A stretch of 64,000 nucleotides of DNA, from positions 30,754,001 through 30,818,000 of the forward strand of contig NC_045696.1 of NCBI RefSeq assembly GCF_009834535.1, in the 5' to 3' direction. Source of the DNA: Camelus ferus. Lineage: Eukaryota. The translations under genes and the position numbers were made by a program. The notes below the pieces were generated by a model. The model searched no databases. It saw only the letters and a list, made by a program, of their open reading frames with translations, and was not told the DNA's origin. Shown here in pieces: positions 13,430 through 26,460 of this stretch (position 1 is its first letter; every line of letters starts with the position of its first letter).

Positions 13430-14480
13430 TTAATGTTCCCTCTAAGATAATGACTAAGCCATGAATTTCCACATTCTTTGTTCTATTCAAAGTAATTTGG
13501 AAATCCTTGCCATTTCAGTAAGACAAAAATACCAAATAAAATGTATACAGATTGTAAAGAAGTAAGTATGTTTCAATTCACAGGTAATATGGTTATGTGT
13601 GTAGAAGAAAATCCAAAAATTCTTCAAGAAAACTCCATGAGCTATTATTTTAAATTATCATGCTTGTAAGATACAAGGCCAATTTACCAAAACTAATTAA
13701 ATCTATAAATAATTTTTAGAATCTTGGAAAATGATGTATAAAAAAGTAATGTTTAATATTTAAGATTAAATTGAAAAGATATGTTTTAAAACTTAATACT
13801 AAAACTACAAATTCAGACTTAAAGTTAGAGGACCCAAATAAATAGAAACACAATTTTCAAAGAACAGAACACCTAATATGATTAAGATATCAATCCTTTA
13901 TAGTAGATTTGTAGATTCAACGTACTCCCAGTTGATTTCCAACAGGGACTTGAAGAAATTGATGACTGACTCAAAAATATTTATGAAAATATAAGTAACC
14001 TGTAATAGGAGAAGCTACACTGATAACTAAGAAAAAGATGTGAGATTTCACTATCTGATAACAAGGCTTAATTTAAGGGCAGATATTTAGATCAATGAAA
14101 TAACAAAGTTCAAAATTAGACCCATGCATATATGATTGATGGACTTTGACAAAGTTACTGATGTGACTCTGTGGGAGAATAAAAGTCTTTTCAACAAACG
14201 GTGTTGAAACAACTAGAGTTCTCAATAGACAAAGGTACATTTTGATCCTTAACAGAAGCTCTGCACAGCAATGAACTAAATCTTGATAAAGTATCTTCAT
14301 GTAAGGGCTAAAACTCTAAAATACCTGTGAAAAAATCTTGCTAAACTTGGGGTGGGCATGGTTTCCTTGGATGGAATACAAAAAGTATGAAGAACAGAAA
14401 ATAATTAACATATTAGATTTCTATTCATTGAAAGGCATTGTTAGCAGGATGAAAATCCAAGTCCTGGAGAACAAGATAAC
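13430..14480 (+). mobile_element. Old LINE-1 (L1ME-like) ORF2 RT to C-terminal fragment
   Basis: ttccctctaagat...ctattcaaagtaatttggaaatcc, actaaaactacaaa, tttgacaaag...gtcttttcaacaaacggtgttgaaacaactag. Confidence 0.75.
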
Positions 14481-15999
14481 AATTGTAAAAATAGAAAACA
14501 GCAGATTATGTACATTCACACTAAAATGAAGAATAAGATTGATATTTTCATGAAAGTTGCCATTTGCCATTTCATCAGAACAAGTGTAATTGTGATAAAT
14601 ATTGCCTACCTTTTCTGCAACAGTAGCAGTAGCATAATGCAGATCATCATCTACTTTTTACTTTTTCTGGGTTTGTTTTACTATGTGTCATTAATAGAGG
14701 GGATAGAATTGTGGACTCTGAGCAATGGAATCTTCTTGGTTACTGTCAAGCAGGACACAGGATTTTAAAATTAGCACTGTGGACACAAAGCAGGATTGTT
14801 TTTATTTGTCCTTCTTAAAAAATGAATATGGGACATGTACTTTTCATTGTCTTGTAATTATCTTGTGGTCTCTAACAATTCACTATCTTAATATGAACAT
14901 TCTTTTCCTTTCTTACTGTAGTTTCAATTATGTATTGGGTAATTTTGTTCAATATAAGTAATTGCTACTTCCTGTAAGATGAAAATGTATATTATATTCT
15001 GTAAGCAATACCAGTTGTTATCCTCTATATTTCTTTACTACACTCCTTCACCCAGGAATAAAGCAGCATTATATTTTGTAAAAATTACATTCTTAATGTT
15101 GCCTATGTTTGCAAACACTGATCACCAACTACACAGTTCCATCATTGACAAAGCACATTAATTCCAGGTACATCAATGAATAAGGGCTGAAAACATAATT
15201 TCCCACTGGGGTCAAATAGGAAAATGTCAATTATGAAAGGTTAGACAAACACAATATGCAGAATATTTAGAAAGATTTTCACAAGCTATGACTTTTCACC
15301 CTAAGATGATAATGCTGTGTGGTATGTGAAAGCAGACCTAAGCTCTGGAATTTTTAGTCTTTTCAAATACTTAATAATAAAGTCAAAGTAGTATATTTTA
15401 TAATATCTGTGAATTTGTACAGAAAGAAGCATAGAAAAATAATAATTTCACAGGTCCATCATTTCCTAAGTACATCAGCCTTATACAGCCTTCAGTACTG
15501 AATATTTTTCATCTTATACATGAGGTCCAGTAACCAGATCTGAAAGTTCAGTTGGGATAATACAGAATTAATGATCATTGTAGTAATTGTTTGCTGCCAT
15601 ACTGTGCTGATTAATGTGCTAATCCTACTTTTTAAATTAATGGTAGAGAAAGGAATAGCACTCTTGTTCAACTTCTACTACAAATTATTTTCTGCTATGG
15701 AAATGGTCTAGTCAATTCCTAGTAGAAAACAATTACAAGATTTGTAGTCACTTGATCCTGTTTAAAGGTCACCAAGGCTGGATAAATCAAAATGATTAAA
15801 GACAGTAATATGTCCATAGTTGAGAAAGACAGTTTTCAGAATTTTCAAAAATAGGTTAATTCAAAAAAGACCTTCTTATTGACAAACAGAAATGTTCAGT
15901 ATTGCTTGGTTAGAAATTCCTCACTGAAAGTTTCAAAACAAAACTTGGAGACACCCTGAGGCATCAGGTAAAATTTTATGTTCACATGCCCAAGTAGTC

Positions 16000-16220
16000 T
16001 AGGACAGAATTAGGGGCTTCCAGCTGGATGTCATCACAGGTCAGGAAGTCAAGTGGGAAATGTATTGCTGACATAAGGGTGAAGAAAACCAAATCTCAAT
16101 AATATGTTGTTCCAAAGTTAGGATGACCCTATGGACCTTTCAACTTGCAGTTGGTGTCAGAAGTCTTAGGCAGACTTGGCAGTCTGGCAAAAATGAAAAT
16201 TTAACTTGGAGTTTGACTAA
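16000..16220. mobile_element. ERVL-type LTR fragment (MER21/MER77-like)
   Basis: aacttgcagttggtgtcagaagt motif recalled from MER77/MER21-group LTRs. Confidence 0.35.
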
Positions 16221-16361
16221 ACCTTGATAATATCTTAGGTGCAAGAGAGATTTATCTGGTAGTTCTATATGTGATTTGGTATTCTGATTAGTCATGTCCG
16301 ACAAATAGCTGGTTTACATTTCCTGATCAGCATGTACTATTTGACATGAGTCATCAACCTA

Positions 16362-16423
16362 TGTAATGGTCATTGTCAACTTGGCTAAGCTATAATCTTC
16401 AGTTATTCAATCAAAAACTAATC
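16362..16423 (+). mobile_element. MLT2 (ERVL) LTR, 5' part, split by an L1 insertion
   Basis: Starts with TG: tgtaatggtcattgtcaacttggctaagctata...agttattcaatcaaaaactaatc, matching the MLT2 5' end; continues at 18161. Confidence 0.8.
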
Positions 16424-18149
16424 TGCAAGAATTAATATTGTTAGAATAGTCATACACCCAAAGCAATCTACAGATTTAATGTGATCCCTATCAAATTACC
16501 CAGGACATTTTTCACAGAATTAGAACAAGTAATCCTAAAATTTATATGGAATCAAAAAATCACCCAGAATTGCCAAAGCAATATTGAAGAAAAAGAATGA
16601 AGCTGGAGAAATAACCCAGACTTCAGACAATATTACAGAGCTACAGTAATCAAAAAGCATGGTATTGATACAAAACCAGATATATCAATCAATCAGTAGA
16701 ACAGAATAAAGAGCCCAGAAATAAACCCACAAACTTTCGGTCAATTAATCTTTGACAAAGGAGGCAAGAACATACAATGGAGTAAAGACAGTCTCTTCAG
16801 CAAATGGTGTTGGGAAAGCTGGACAGCTGTATGTAGATCAATGAAATTAGAATACTCCCTCACACCATATACAAATATGGAAAGTAAACTCAAAATGGCT
16901 TAAAGACTTAAACATAATACAAGACACTATAAACCTCTTAGAAGAAAACAGGCAAAACATTATCCAACATAAATCTCAGCCAGTGTTCTCCTAGGACAAT
17001 CTACCCAACCAATAGAAATAAAAGCAAAAATAAACAAATGGGACCTAATTAAACTTACAAGCTTTTGCACAGCAAAGGAAACCACAAGCAAAACAAAAAG
17101 ACCACCTACAGAAAGAGAGGAAATATTTGCAAAAGATGAGACTGACAAGGGCTTAATTTCCAGAATATATAAACAGCTTATACAACTTAATAACAAAAAA
17201 CAAACACAATCCAAAAATGCACAGAAGACCTAAACAAGCAATTGTCCAATGAAAACATGCAAATGGCCAATAGGCACATGAAAAAATGCTCAATATCACT
17301 AATTATCAGAGAAATGCAAATAAAAACTATAATGAGGTATCACCTCATACCAGTCAGAATGGCCATCATTCAAAAGTCCACAAATGATAGATGCTGGAAA
17401 GGGCGTGGAGAAAAGGGAACCCTCCTACACTGTTGATGGAATGTAGCTTGGTGAAGCCATTATGGAAAACAATATGGAGATTCCTCAAAATACTAAAAAT
17501 AGACTTACCATATGATCCAGCAATCCCACTCCTTGGCACATATCCAGAGGGAACCTTAATTCAAAAAGATACATGCACTCCAATGTTCACAGAAGCACTA
17601 TTTACAGTAGCCAAGACATGAAAATAACCTAAATGTCCGCTGACAGATGACTGGATAAAGAAGCTGTGGTATATTTATACAATGGAATACTACTCAGCCA
17701 TGAAAAATAATAAAATCATGTCAAGCAACATGGATGCACCTGGAGAATGTCATACTAAATGAAGTAAGCCAGAAAGAGAAAGAAAAATACCATATGATTT
17801 CTCTTATATGTGGAATCTTAAAAAAAAAAAGCAAACTTATTTACAAAACAGAAACAGGTTGGCACAGAAATAGAAAACAAACATGGTTATCAGTGAGGAA
17901 AGAGGGTGGGAAGAGATAAACTGAGAGTTTGAGATTTGCAGTTGCTAAGTACCATATTTAAATAGATAAACAACAAGTTAATACTGTATATAGCACAGGG
18001 AACTATACTCAGTATCTCGTAGTAACTTATGGTTAAAAAGAACAAGAAAATGAATATATGTATGTTACTATATAACTTGAAGTACTATGCTGTACACCAG
18101 AAATTGACACATTATAAACTGACTATACTTCAATGAAAACATATTTTAA
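16424..18149 (+). mobile_element. 5'-truncated, relatively young lineage-specific LINE-1 (ORF2 C-terminus plus 3' UTR)
   Basis: ORF remnants [35 protein letters not shown] and [12 protein letters not shown]; 3' UTR gcacagggaactata...tgtacaccagaaattgacacatt.taaactgactatacttcaat; TSD aaaaactaatc at 16413-16423 and 18150-18160. Confidence 0.95.
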
Positions 18150-18160
18150 AAAAACTAATC

Positions 18161-18500
18161 CGGGTTTTGCAGTGAAGGGATGTCATTGATGTGATTAAAC
18201 TTCATAGTCAGATGACTTTAAGGGAGATTATCCCAGGTAATCTGGATGGGTCTTATTCAGTTAGTTCAAAGCCCTTAAAAGCAGAACTGAAGGCCTCCCT
18301 GGAGAAGAAAATATTCTCCCTGTGGATACTAGCTCCAGCTTGTAGTTTGGGAGTTCCACTCTGTGATCACTGATGTTGTGGCATTACTGATTTTGGACTT
18401 ACCTTGCCTACTTTCACATTTGCATATATTAGTTTCTTACAATGATTCTCTTAACATGTATCTCCCATGATTCTGTTTCTCTCATTGATCCCTGATGACA
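18161..18500 (+). mobile_element. MLT2 (ERVL) LTR, 3' part
   Basis: ttgcagtgaagg..gatgtgattaa..gactttaagggagattatcc..taatctggatggg..aaagcccttaaaagcagaactga...gattctgtttctct..ccctgatgaca (ends in CA). Confidence 0.85.
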
Positions 18501-20204
18501 AATTGTAAAACAATCATTTTATTTTAAGCAAAAGGCCATATGGAATATTTGAAATTATCCTCTTTCTGTCTCTAATGGCAAAAATCCATTTCAATAAAAT
18601 TGATTCACTTACATGTTTAACAAAGTTTGGTTGAGTTATAAATATGTTTTTGGTCTACTATGTTATTTGCTCAGTGCAATGCAAGGGTAAATATGACAAA
18701 AATCCTACTCTCAAGAGATTTGAGTGAAAATTTGTTTATGAATAGCTAAAATACAAGGTAGGAAGTGAGAGGCACCAAAAAAGCTAGGCAGGTAAATTAT
18801 TATTATTGTGAAAGCTCTGATGAAGAAGATAATACTTCCAACTTGGGGAATTTGATTTTCCCTCAAAGTTATGTAATAGAATTTCATTTGTATCCAGACT
18901 CAACCTTTGACTTCAGTGTTGAAACAAACCATGGCGTTACTTATTATATAGTCAGCTATGTGGGGACACTTAACAGAGACCACCCGTTCACTTTCCATGA
19001 AGCAAGGTTATTCCATAATGATTTTGTGTCACAATCGATATAAACTACATTTGAAAGAGTCTGAAAGGTGAAAGGATCACTAGCAAAGTCCATGAATCTT
19101 GTGAAAAACTTATTTTTATGACATAGGATTTTTTAGTATTACTGGCATATACCTTAGAAATGAGAGACAGCATAGGAGTTCAAATGTCACTAATAACATT
19201 CATTTGCTGCATCTTGAGGAAGAGAAAGCAGATTTAATCTTGCTCACACTTGGGACTTGAAGTTTCCTGCATAAGATTCATTATTATAATAAATGGGTTG
19301 CTAGAATATATGTTAGAAAATTATTAAGATATTCCTTATCTGACATTGTACTGCAATTTTAGCATGATGGATTTGAAGTATGTTACACTTAAATATATGA
19401 AATGCATAACTGTCTACTCTGGAAAGTATAAGGATAATAAAAACAATTTTAAAAGCTTTTAAAACTTAGAAACTCAATATAAGAAATACTGACCAAATGC
19501 TAAAACCAAAAGTAAAACAAAATACTTGAAGATCACCTGTTTACTTTCCATGAATGTGCATATTTAATATGCACTGACACTTATTTTTTAGTCTAAAGAG
19601 TGATATTTAAATTATATGGTGTAATTACTCACTGGGAATAGTTTCCAAACACCAACTTTTCTTGATTATTTCATGTTTTCATAGACCTGGAAGTTAAACT
19701 TTTCTTACTATAGCAAGATGTTTCTTACTAATGACTAACGGTGTTTTGATTGGGAGAAATATAGCAGAATTGAGAAAACTGGGTTCTCCTTATGTAAGCT
19801 TTGTCATTAAAATTGCCATACAATCTCAAGCAAAATCCGGGCCTCAATTTTCTCAACTTTTTTGAACTACATGAATTCATATTATTGTTTTATATTTCAG
19901 TCTATTATCTTTATGTATGCTTCTTGATTCAGAAAGCAGTGAAGCATAAGTCCCTTGAGAAAAATAGAATTTAAAATGGTCTTTCCTTATTATACATACT
20001 AATAACAACATAAGAAGTTTATGGTTTATAAACTGTATTCTCTCTGGATCTCAAGATTCTTCTTAACTCAATTAATTCTTCACAGCAAAAATAATAAATT
20101 TCATAATACATCATTTGAACACGTTGCTCCCATGTTAAAATGTCTTCTACGGCCTCTTGCTCTCTATCGAATGAGGTCTAGACCAAAACTATGGTAAGAC
20201 TTGT

Positions 20205-20420
20205 CAAATCACTGATCTAAGAGTACAGATTTTGAATTAGAGTCCTGGTTTCAAATCCTTTTCTACCACTTATTAGATATGTGTCTCATTTTTGCCATCT
20301 GTAAAATAGTGACAGTAACATTATATATTCCATAGAATGATAAGGAAAAATTTTTAATGATATATTTGAAAACCATTTGGAACTATGCTTATTACTTGTA
20401 AGTATTCAAAACATATTACC
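20205..20420 (+). mobile_element. MIR SINE
   Basis: taagagtacagattttgaattagagtcctggtttcaaatcc..ctaccactta..catctgtaaaatag. Confidence 0.7.
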
Positions 20421-20549
20421 TAGTAGTAGTAGTATAATCATTCCAAATGCCTTTCTGTTTCCATATATGTGTTACTGTATTATATCTGAATCTTTTCACG
20501 GACTATCAGTCTTATAAACCAACAACGTCAATTCCTCCACTAATAATTC

Positions 20550-20870
20550 TAATTATTCAACAAATATTTATTAATCATGGATATGTTTCCTCTCCTATAA
20601 ATAAGTGAAAGGAACTTATAATCTTGTGTTAAAGCTTATAAGTAAAAACAAAATTCAGTATTTTGATTAGATATTCATGAAATTAAGAAAGACATAATAG
20701 GGAATATAAGCCTATATTTGGGAATCACAGAAAATAATGTTTAAGTTGAACTTTGATGAGTAAATGAATAGAACATGTCCAAGTTATTAGAGCTTTCCAA
20801 GTGGTGAGAAACTCACATGATCATTCCAGAAATAAGAAGTGGCTCATGGAAAGGACAGAGAATGGTTGGC
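20550..20870 (-). mobile_element. L2 3' end relic
   Basis: attcaacaaatatttatt, the typical reverse complement of the L2 3' terminus, followed by purine-rich decayed sequence. Confidence 0.45.
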
Positions 20871-20939
20871 ATGATCAGCTGAATAAAACTGCAACTAAAT
20901 ATAATTTATTTAACCTCCTTAATTTTCTTCTAATACATA

Positions 20940-21100
20940 CCAGCTAGGTGAACCTAACCATTAAGTGTTAGCTTTTTCAACTTTAAAATGGGAATCATAG
21001 TGCAAATATCATATTTTCTGAATGTAGTAATGAGTTAATGTAGAAAAAGTGATTATATCATTGTCTGACACAAAGTTCCAGACAATTATTAAGTTATATG
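20940..21100 (+). mobile_element. MIR fragment
   Basis: aacctaacc...tttttcaactttaaaatgggaatcatagt...taatgagttaatg. Confidence 0.45.
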
Positions 21101-21332
21101 AAAAAATATCATCATCATCATCTTGGCAAGAAATTGGTCAGATGATGGAGTAGGAACTCGGTTAACCATCTATGGGGAAGGAAATGAGACCCATTATAAA
21201 GGGTCCTGATCAAGAATAGCCTTTTACAGCTTGCAAAATAATTTGGATTTTATCATTTAACCTTGGAAAGTCATGGAATTCTTTGGGAGGAGGGAGCTGA
21301 GAATCATATGTACAAGTAAGAATGATTAAGTC

Positions 21333-21869
21333 TGTAAAAGGCAGCAACCAAGACGGTTCTCAATGACTCTATTTCCTGGCTTTTATGCTCTTACTTTATC
21401 TTCTCTCCCATTTATATCAGAGTTGTTTTCCATGATTAATCAATTATGGCACAAAAGATGATAGGTCGTAAAGGCTAGGTCCTAAAGGACACTGCTGTAT
21501 GTTCGAACACTCACTCTGGGAGACACCAGCTGCCATGTAGAAAGGAAACCAAAGAATCCCCGAGAAGAGTCCACTTGATGAGAAACTAAAGCTTCCTGCC
21601 AATAACTAATGAGAAGCAGGCAAGTAGCCAACAACCATGTTAGCAAGCCATCCTGGGAAGGGCTGCTCCTTCAGCTCTGTTTAGACATTCAGATAGCTGC
21701 AGCCCTGCCTGATGCCCTGACTGCAGTCTATGAGAGACCCTAAGCCAGAATCATTCATCTAAGCTGCTGTTGAGTTCTTGATGTAAGGAAACTATGAAAT
21801 AATAAATGTTTGTTGTTTTGTGATGCTAAGTTTGGGGGTACTTTGTAACACAGTATTAGATAAATAATA
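21333..21869 (+). mobile_element. MaLR solo LTR (MLT1F-like)
   Basis: aggctaggtc.taaag, cactctgggag..ccagctgccatgt, gagagaccctaagccagaa, aataaatgtttgttgtttt..gctaagtttgggggta.tttgt.acacag.a.tagataa. Confidence 0.88.
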
Positions 21870-22869
21870 AAAAAAAGTTCAAGAGACTTCTAGTCGTATA
21901 TGTTTTTCACTCATTTACAAGAGCAGTGAACATTGTATTTAAATATAATTTGCCTTCCCTGATTATGTCAGGAGTCACTAATAAATGTGCATATTAGGAT
22001 GCTTTGCACATAATAAGTAGTTAATGAGTAAGTGAATGAGTGCATTTGTACCATCACATGAGAATTACAATGGCAAATATTTCACTGAAGAAAGGAAAAT
22101 CTAATTATGAAACACAGAATATAGTCAAAATACTAATCAATTTGCTAAATTTACACACACAAAATATTAACATTTGATAGTAGGCTCCAACACAATATTT
22201 TAAATATTCTATTACAATGTTAAAACAAAATTTTAATTTGTCTACATCTAAGTTTTTGTGTATTGTCTGGGGAAAATATTAATCATAGTTTTTGTTTCTT
22301 TTCATTTCTTTGAGAAAAAAACAATTTCCCCTGGTTTCTTGCCTTCAATATAAAAGAAAGATATTGTGTATTGCAATGACACTGCAGTTAGATATTGCAG
22401 AGTAAATTGCCCTACTTAAAAGTCATCAAATTGCAGAAGCCATATGGATGCTATCATGAGATGACTGTGGTAATAAGCAATGGCTGCAAAATTTGAGGAA
22501 GGCCTATGTGAGACTGAGATGAAGAGATGAAGAATATGGGATACAACCAATACAAGATAAATAAGATTGTCTTACATAGTAACTGTTTGACTAACATTGT
22601 TATGCATATAAAATTCCTCTCCATGAGAATGAGGGCATTTCAAAATAACAGGATCCTGACTGAGAAAACAATACATTGAAAGTTATTTTAAAAAGACATA
22701 GTAGTTTCGTATTTCTAAAATTAATCAATCCTCCTCAACCCTAATGGTATGATTACACGTCATATTGTGATCTTCTGTTTCTCCTGTGTGTGTTCTGTGT
22801 TACAGCTAACTGCATTATTAACAGCCCTCAAGTGTTTCCTGTCTGTTCTAGAACAGTGAAACTGAAATT

Positions 22870-24080
22870 CTTTTCAAGTGCAAATGGAAAATGCACCCCC
22901 AAAGACCATATGTAGTGTGTAGAACCAATTTCAACAAATTTCAAAAGATTAAAATCATAGAGAGCATGCTGTCTACTACAATAAAATAAAATTATAAATA
23001 AAATAGAAAACAAAAAATAGCAAAATAATTAGAAATTAAATCATACACCTCAAAATAGCTCACAAAGCAGACTATCAAAAATAAAATAAAACATTTGAAC
23101 TGAATGATTATAAAAATAAAATGGCAAAGCTTGTACGCTGTAGGTAAAATGATGCTTAAAAAGAAATTAGTCCTTTTATATCCACGTGTGAGAAACACTG
23201 CCTATTTCTGCCTCTCTCTTTCTCTTTTTCCATTGTGGATATCACAAATGCTAAGTAGATGCAGTCATCTTTTATTAAAAATAAAAAGATCTGGTAAATC
23301 CCAAGCAAAACTGATCCAGGAAAAAAAAATTTATCAATGTCAGAAACAAAATAAAAATCACCAGATAGCATACAGACAATACAATGAAGAGAATATTTTG
23401 AAAAAATTCATGCAAATAAATTGGACAACATTGAGGAAGTTGAAACATTCTTTGAAAAATGCAGCTTATAGAAAGATACAAGAAGAAACAGGTGATCCAA
23501 ATAGTTCAGTATCAGTCAAACTTGAGTAATCTTACCATAAAAGAAATTTAATGCTCTGCATTATTACTCTCTTCAAATTAAAATCACAAGGGGTTGTATA
23601 TACACGTTGACTAAAATGGCTAAAACTAAGGAAATACATGTTATTGAGAATATGCAGGGGCTGGCCTTTTACTCACTACAGTGTAATTGTAAAACTCTAC
23701 AATGAAGTTGGAAATTATTTGCTAAAATTTGTTATAGGTAACTATATACTTTCCCTATGATCCAGTGACTCTACTTTAAGTTTTTATAAGAGAAATGTAT
23801 ACCTATGTCTATAAAATTGACTTGTTCAAGAATGTTCAGTAATGATTTATAGAACATAACCCACACTGGAAACAATTCAAGTGTTCACTAAGAAGAAAAT
23901 GAACACATTCTGTAGTATGTACACAATAGAATACTTTATGCAATAAAAAGATCCAATTATTCATGTATGCAGCATAATTATTTACACTATAAGCTATTCT
24001 GCTGGGAGAAAGAAGACAGTCATGAAAGACAGACTACATTCTGGATTTCACTGATATGAAACTCAATAACAGGCATATAA
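22870..24080 (+). mobile_element. Fragmented old LINE-1 (L1ME-like): ORF2 pieces and 3' region
   Basis: accaatttcaacaaatttcaaaagatt.aaatcata, aaaattagaaattaaa, ccctatgatccagtgactctact, tggaaacaattcaagtgttc. Confidence 0.7.
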
Positions 24081-24329
24081 AATTTTCAAACATCCTTTCA
24101 CAATCCTTGCTCCAAATGCTTGCATTTCAGATAATTCCTTTTGTTTTGTAAGAGTTCTTCTAAGTAGTGTTCCCATTATTTTAATATTCAGTGTAGTTAC
24201 TTATATTATTTATACCACTGCCACATTTGATGATTTAAATTATTTTTCTACATATTACTCGCCATTGCTAAAGGAGAGTGTGAATTGTACTGCTACCTTG
24301 ACCAGAAGTCATTGGGATAATCTGTGAAA

Positions 24330-24755
24330 ATATCAATCAGATCATACTTCTTATTGAGTAAAACCCTTTAGGGTCCTCCTTTCTCTAATTCAGTATTTTT
24401 CTCCAGCTGTATTTTTCACCACAGGAAACTCTTCTCAGCATCCTAGCCACACCAGCATCCTCTGGGTTTTTTCTGCACATCACATTACCTTCTGTCATGT
24501 TCTATTTTTGATATGTGTTTATTTTTGCAGACATATTGCACTGGAAATTTAAATTTGTAAGATTTATTCAATGTTTATTACTGCCACTAAATTGTAAGTT
24601 TTCTAAGTAAAGGGATTGTGGTTTGAATTGGTGGCTTTTTCATTTTTTTGGTTACTTGATGGGGGTTCTTGCTGTTTTTCTCTCTAACATTTTATCTCAG
24701 CATTTTATAGTAGGAACAACATACAGTAGGAACTTAGTATCCATTAATAAATGGA
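24330..24755 (+). mobile_element. L2 3' end relic
   Basis: cagatcatacttc..aaaaccctttagg, tagccacaccagc, aaattgtaag.ttt.taag..aggga, acatacagtagg.actta..attaataaatgg. Confidence 0.55.
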
Positions 24756-24789
24756 TATTAATATACATTTGTTTTAATCAGTTCAAGAT

Positions 24790-25625
24790 GCTAGAAAAGT
24801 TACCATAGACTATTCGGTTTAAACAACTGAAATTATTAGTTTTGGTGCTTAGAAAGTTTGAGATCAGGGTATTAATATGGCTGTGTTCGAATGAGAAACC
24901 TCTTCCTGATCTGCAGTCGGCCATCCTCCTGTGACTGCACATGACAAAGGGCAGAGAAAGAGGAAGCAATCTTTCTCATTTTCTTTTCATATATAGGCAT
25001 GTATACTTTTATTGAGGTTCACCAGTACTTCATTTTTTAAAAATTGAAGGTTTGTGACAACTCTGCATTGAGCAATTCTATTGGTATCATTTTTCCAACT
25101 GCATTTGCTCACTTCATGTCTCTGTGTCACATTTTGGTAATTCTTATAATATTTAAAAATTTCTATTATTATTATAATTGTTATGGTGCTTTGTGATCAG
25201 TAATCTTTGATATTACTGTTGCAGCAAGATTATGACCTGCTGAATGCTCAGAAAATGGTTAGCACTTGTTAGCAATAAAATATTTTTAATTGAGGTATGT
25301 ACATTTAGTTTTAGATATAATGCTACTGCACACTTAATGGGCTACAGTATAGTGTAAATAAAACTTTTATATGCACTGGGAAACCAAAACATTTTGTGGA
25401 TCGCTTTATTGTGATATCCACTTTGTGGCAGTAGTCTGGAATCAAACATGCAATCTCTCTGAGGTATGCCTGTAATTGCACTAAATCTAATTCTATCATA
25501 AGGGCCTCATGATATAATTCCCTCATGATCTAATTATCTCCCAAAGGCCCCGCCTCCAATATGACATTGAGGATTAAGTTTCAATATATGGATTCAGATG
25601 GGACACAAACATTCAGTCCATAGAA
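24790..25625 (-). mobile_element. MaLR LTR (MLT1A-like) interrupted by a Tigger1 derivative
   Basis: ggtttaaacaac.gaaatta..agttttgg..agaaagtttgagatcaggg on the left resumes after 25474 with cctcatgatctaattatctcccaaaggccccgcctcc...gggacacaaacattcagtccatag. Confidence 0.85.
24994..25472 (+). mobile_element. Non-autonomous, internally deleted Tigger1 (Tigger1a_Art-like, ~480 bp)
   Basis: Ends taggcat... and ...gaggtatgcctg, both flanked by TA; body joins the Tigger1 5' part (aaattgaaggtttgtg.caac) to the 3' part (atgcactgggaaaccaaaa). Confidence 0.88.
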
Positions 25626-25739
25626 ACACTGTAAGTATAATTAGTCTTAGGTTTTACAGACCCTTAGTACTGCTCCTGTTTCTGTATCTCAACAATCTTC
25701 AATGTACTTAAGCTTTGCTCAGCCTTCAAAAATTAAAGC

Positions 25740-26460
25740 TTCCAGGTTTCTGGTTCAAAATGGTAATATAAGAAATCCTGAACCTACCTCCTCCAATGGA
25801 CACACTGAATCTTCAGCTGCATATGTAACAATTTCCTCTAAAAATCTCCAAAAAACTAGCTGAGCAACTCCTACCCATCAGGAAAATGAGAAAAAATCAA
25901 CTCACATCAAAGTAGGAGAGACTGAAATACAACCTCACCACAAACCCAATCCTTGGCAAGGTGACCCACAGTTGGAAGATAACCCAAAACCTGGAGCTTC
26001 TCTCTGAGGAATGAAGGATTTGACCCCCAGTTCTAGCACCTCATCTTTTAAGACCTGCACTTGAAAGACAAGTCCCCCAAATTTCTACCTTTGAAAGTCA
26101 ATGGGGCTAACATCCACCAAAACCACAAGTTCATAGTAAACTGAGAAACAGCTCTTACAGGGCTCGCATGCTAAAACTCACCTGACCCTGGGACCAGAAC
26201 AGAGGCGATAAACTGAGAGGCACCCAGACTTTAGGTAAAAGAACTTACTTTTCCTTAAGGTGTTAGCCTGAGGGTTAGACATCAAATTTAACACACATCT
26301 GGGGCCTCCTGGGGTACATTCTGAGGATGGAGGTTGGGGGGGCACCGTCCTGCTCCCCCTCTGCCTCACTTCAGCTGGTGGGTGCCCTCTTTGTGGTCTT
26401 CTCTGCCACTCTCCAGCTCACTTCATATCTCTTGGAAAGAAGCCTATACCCTCCACTGGC
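25740..26460 (+). mobile_element. Isolated LINE-1 5' UTR fragment (L1M2/L1M3-like)
   Basis: ttctggttcaaaatgg...cctgaacctacctcctcc.atggacacactgaatct resembles an old L1 5' end; GC-richer than flanks. Confidence 0.6.

Noticed and set aside
18765..19043. 92-aa ORF with protein-like composition
   Set aside because: GTG start, no recognisable domain or bounding splice sites, and the 5' part looks like decayed antisense L2
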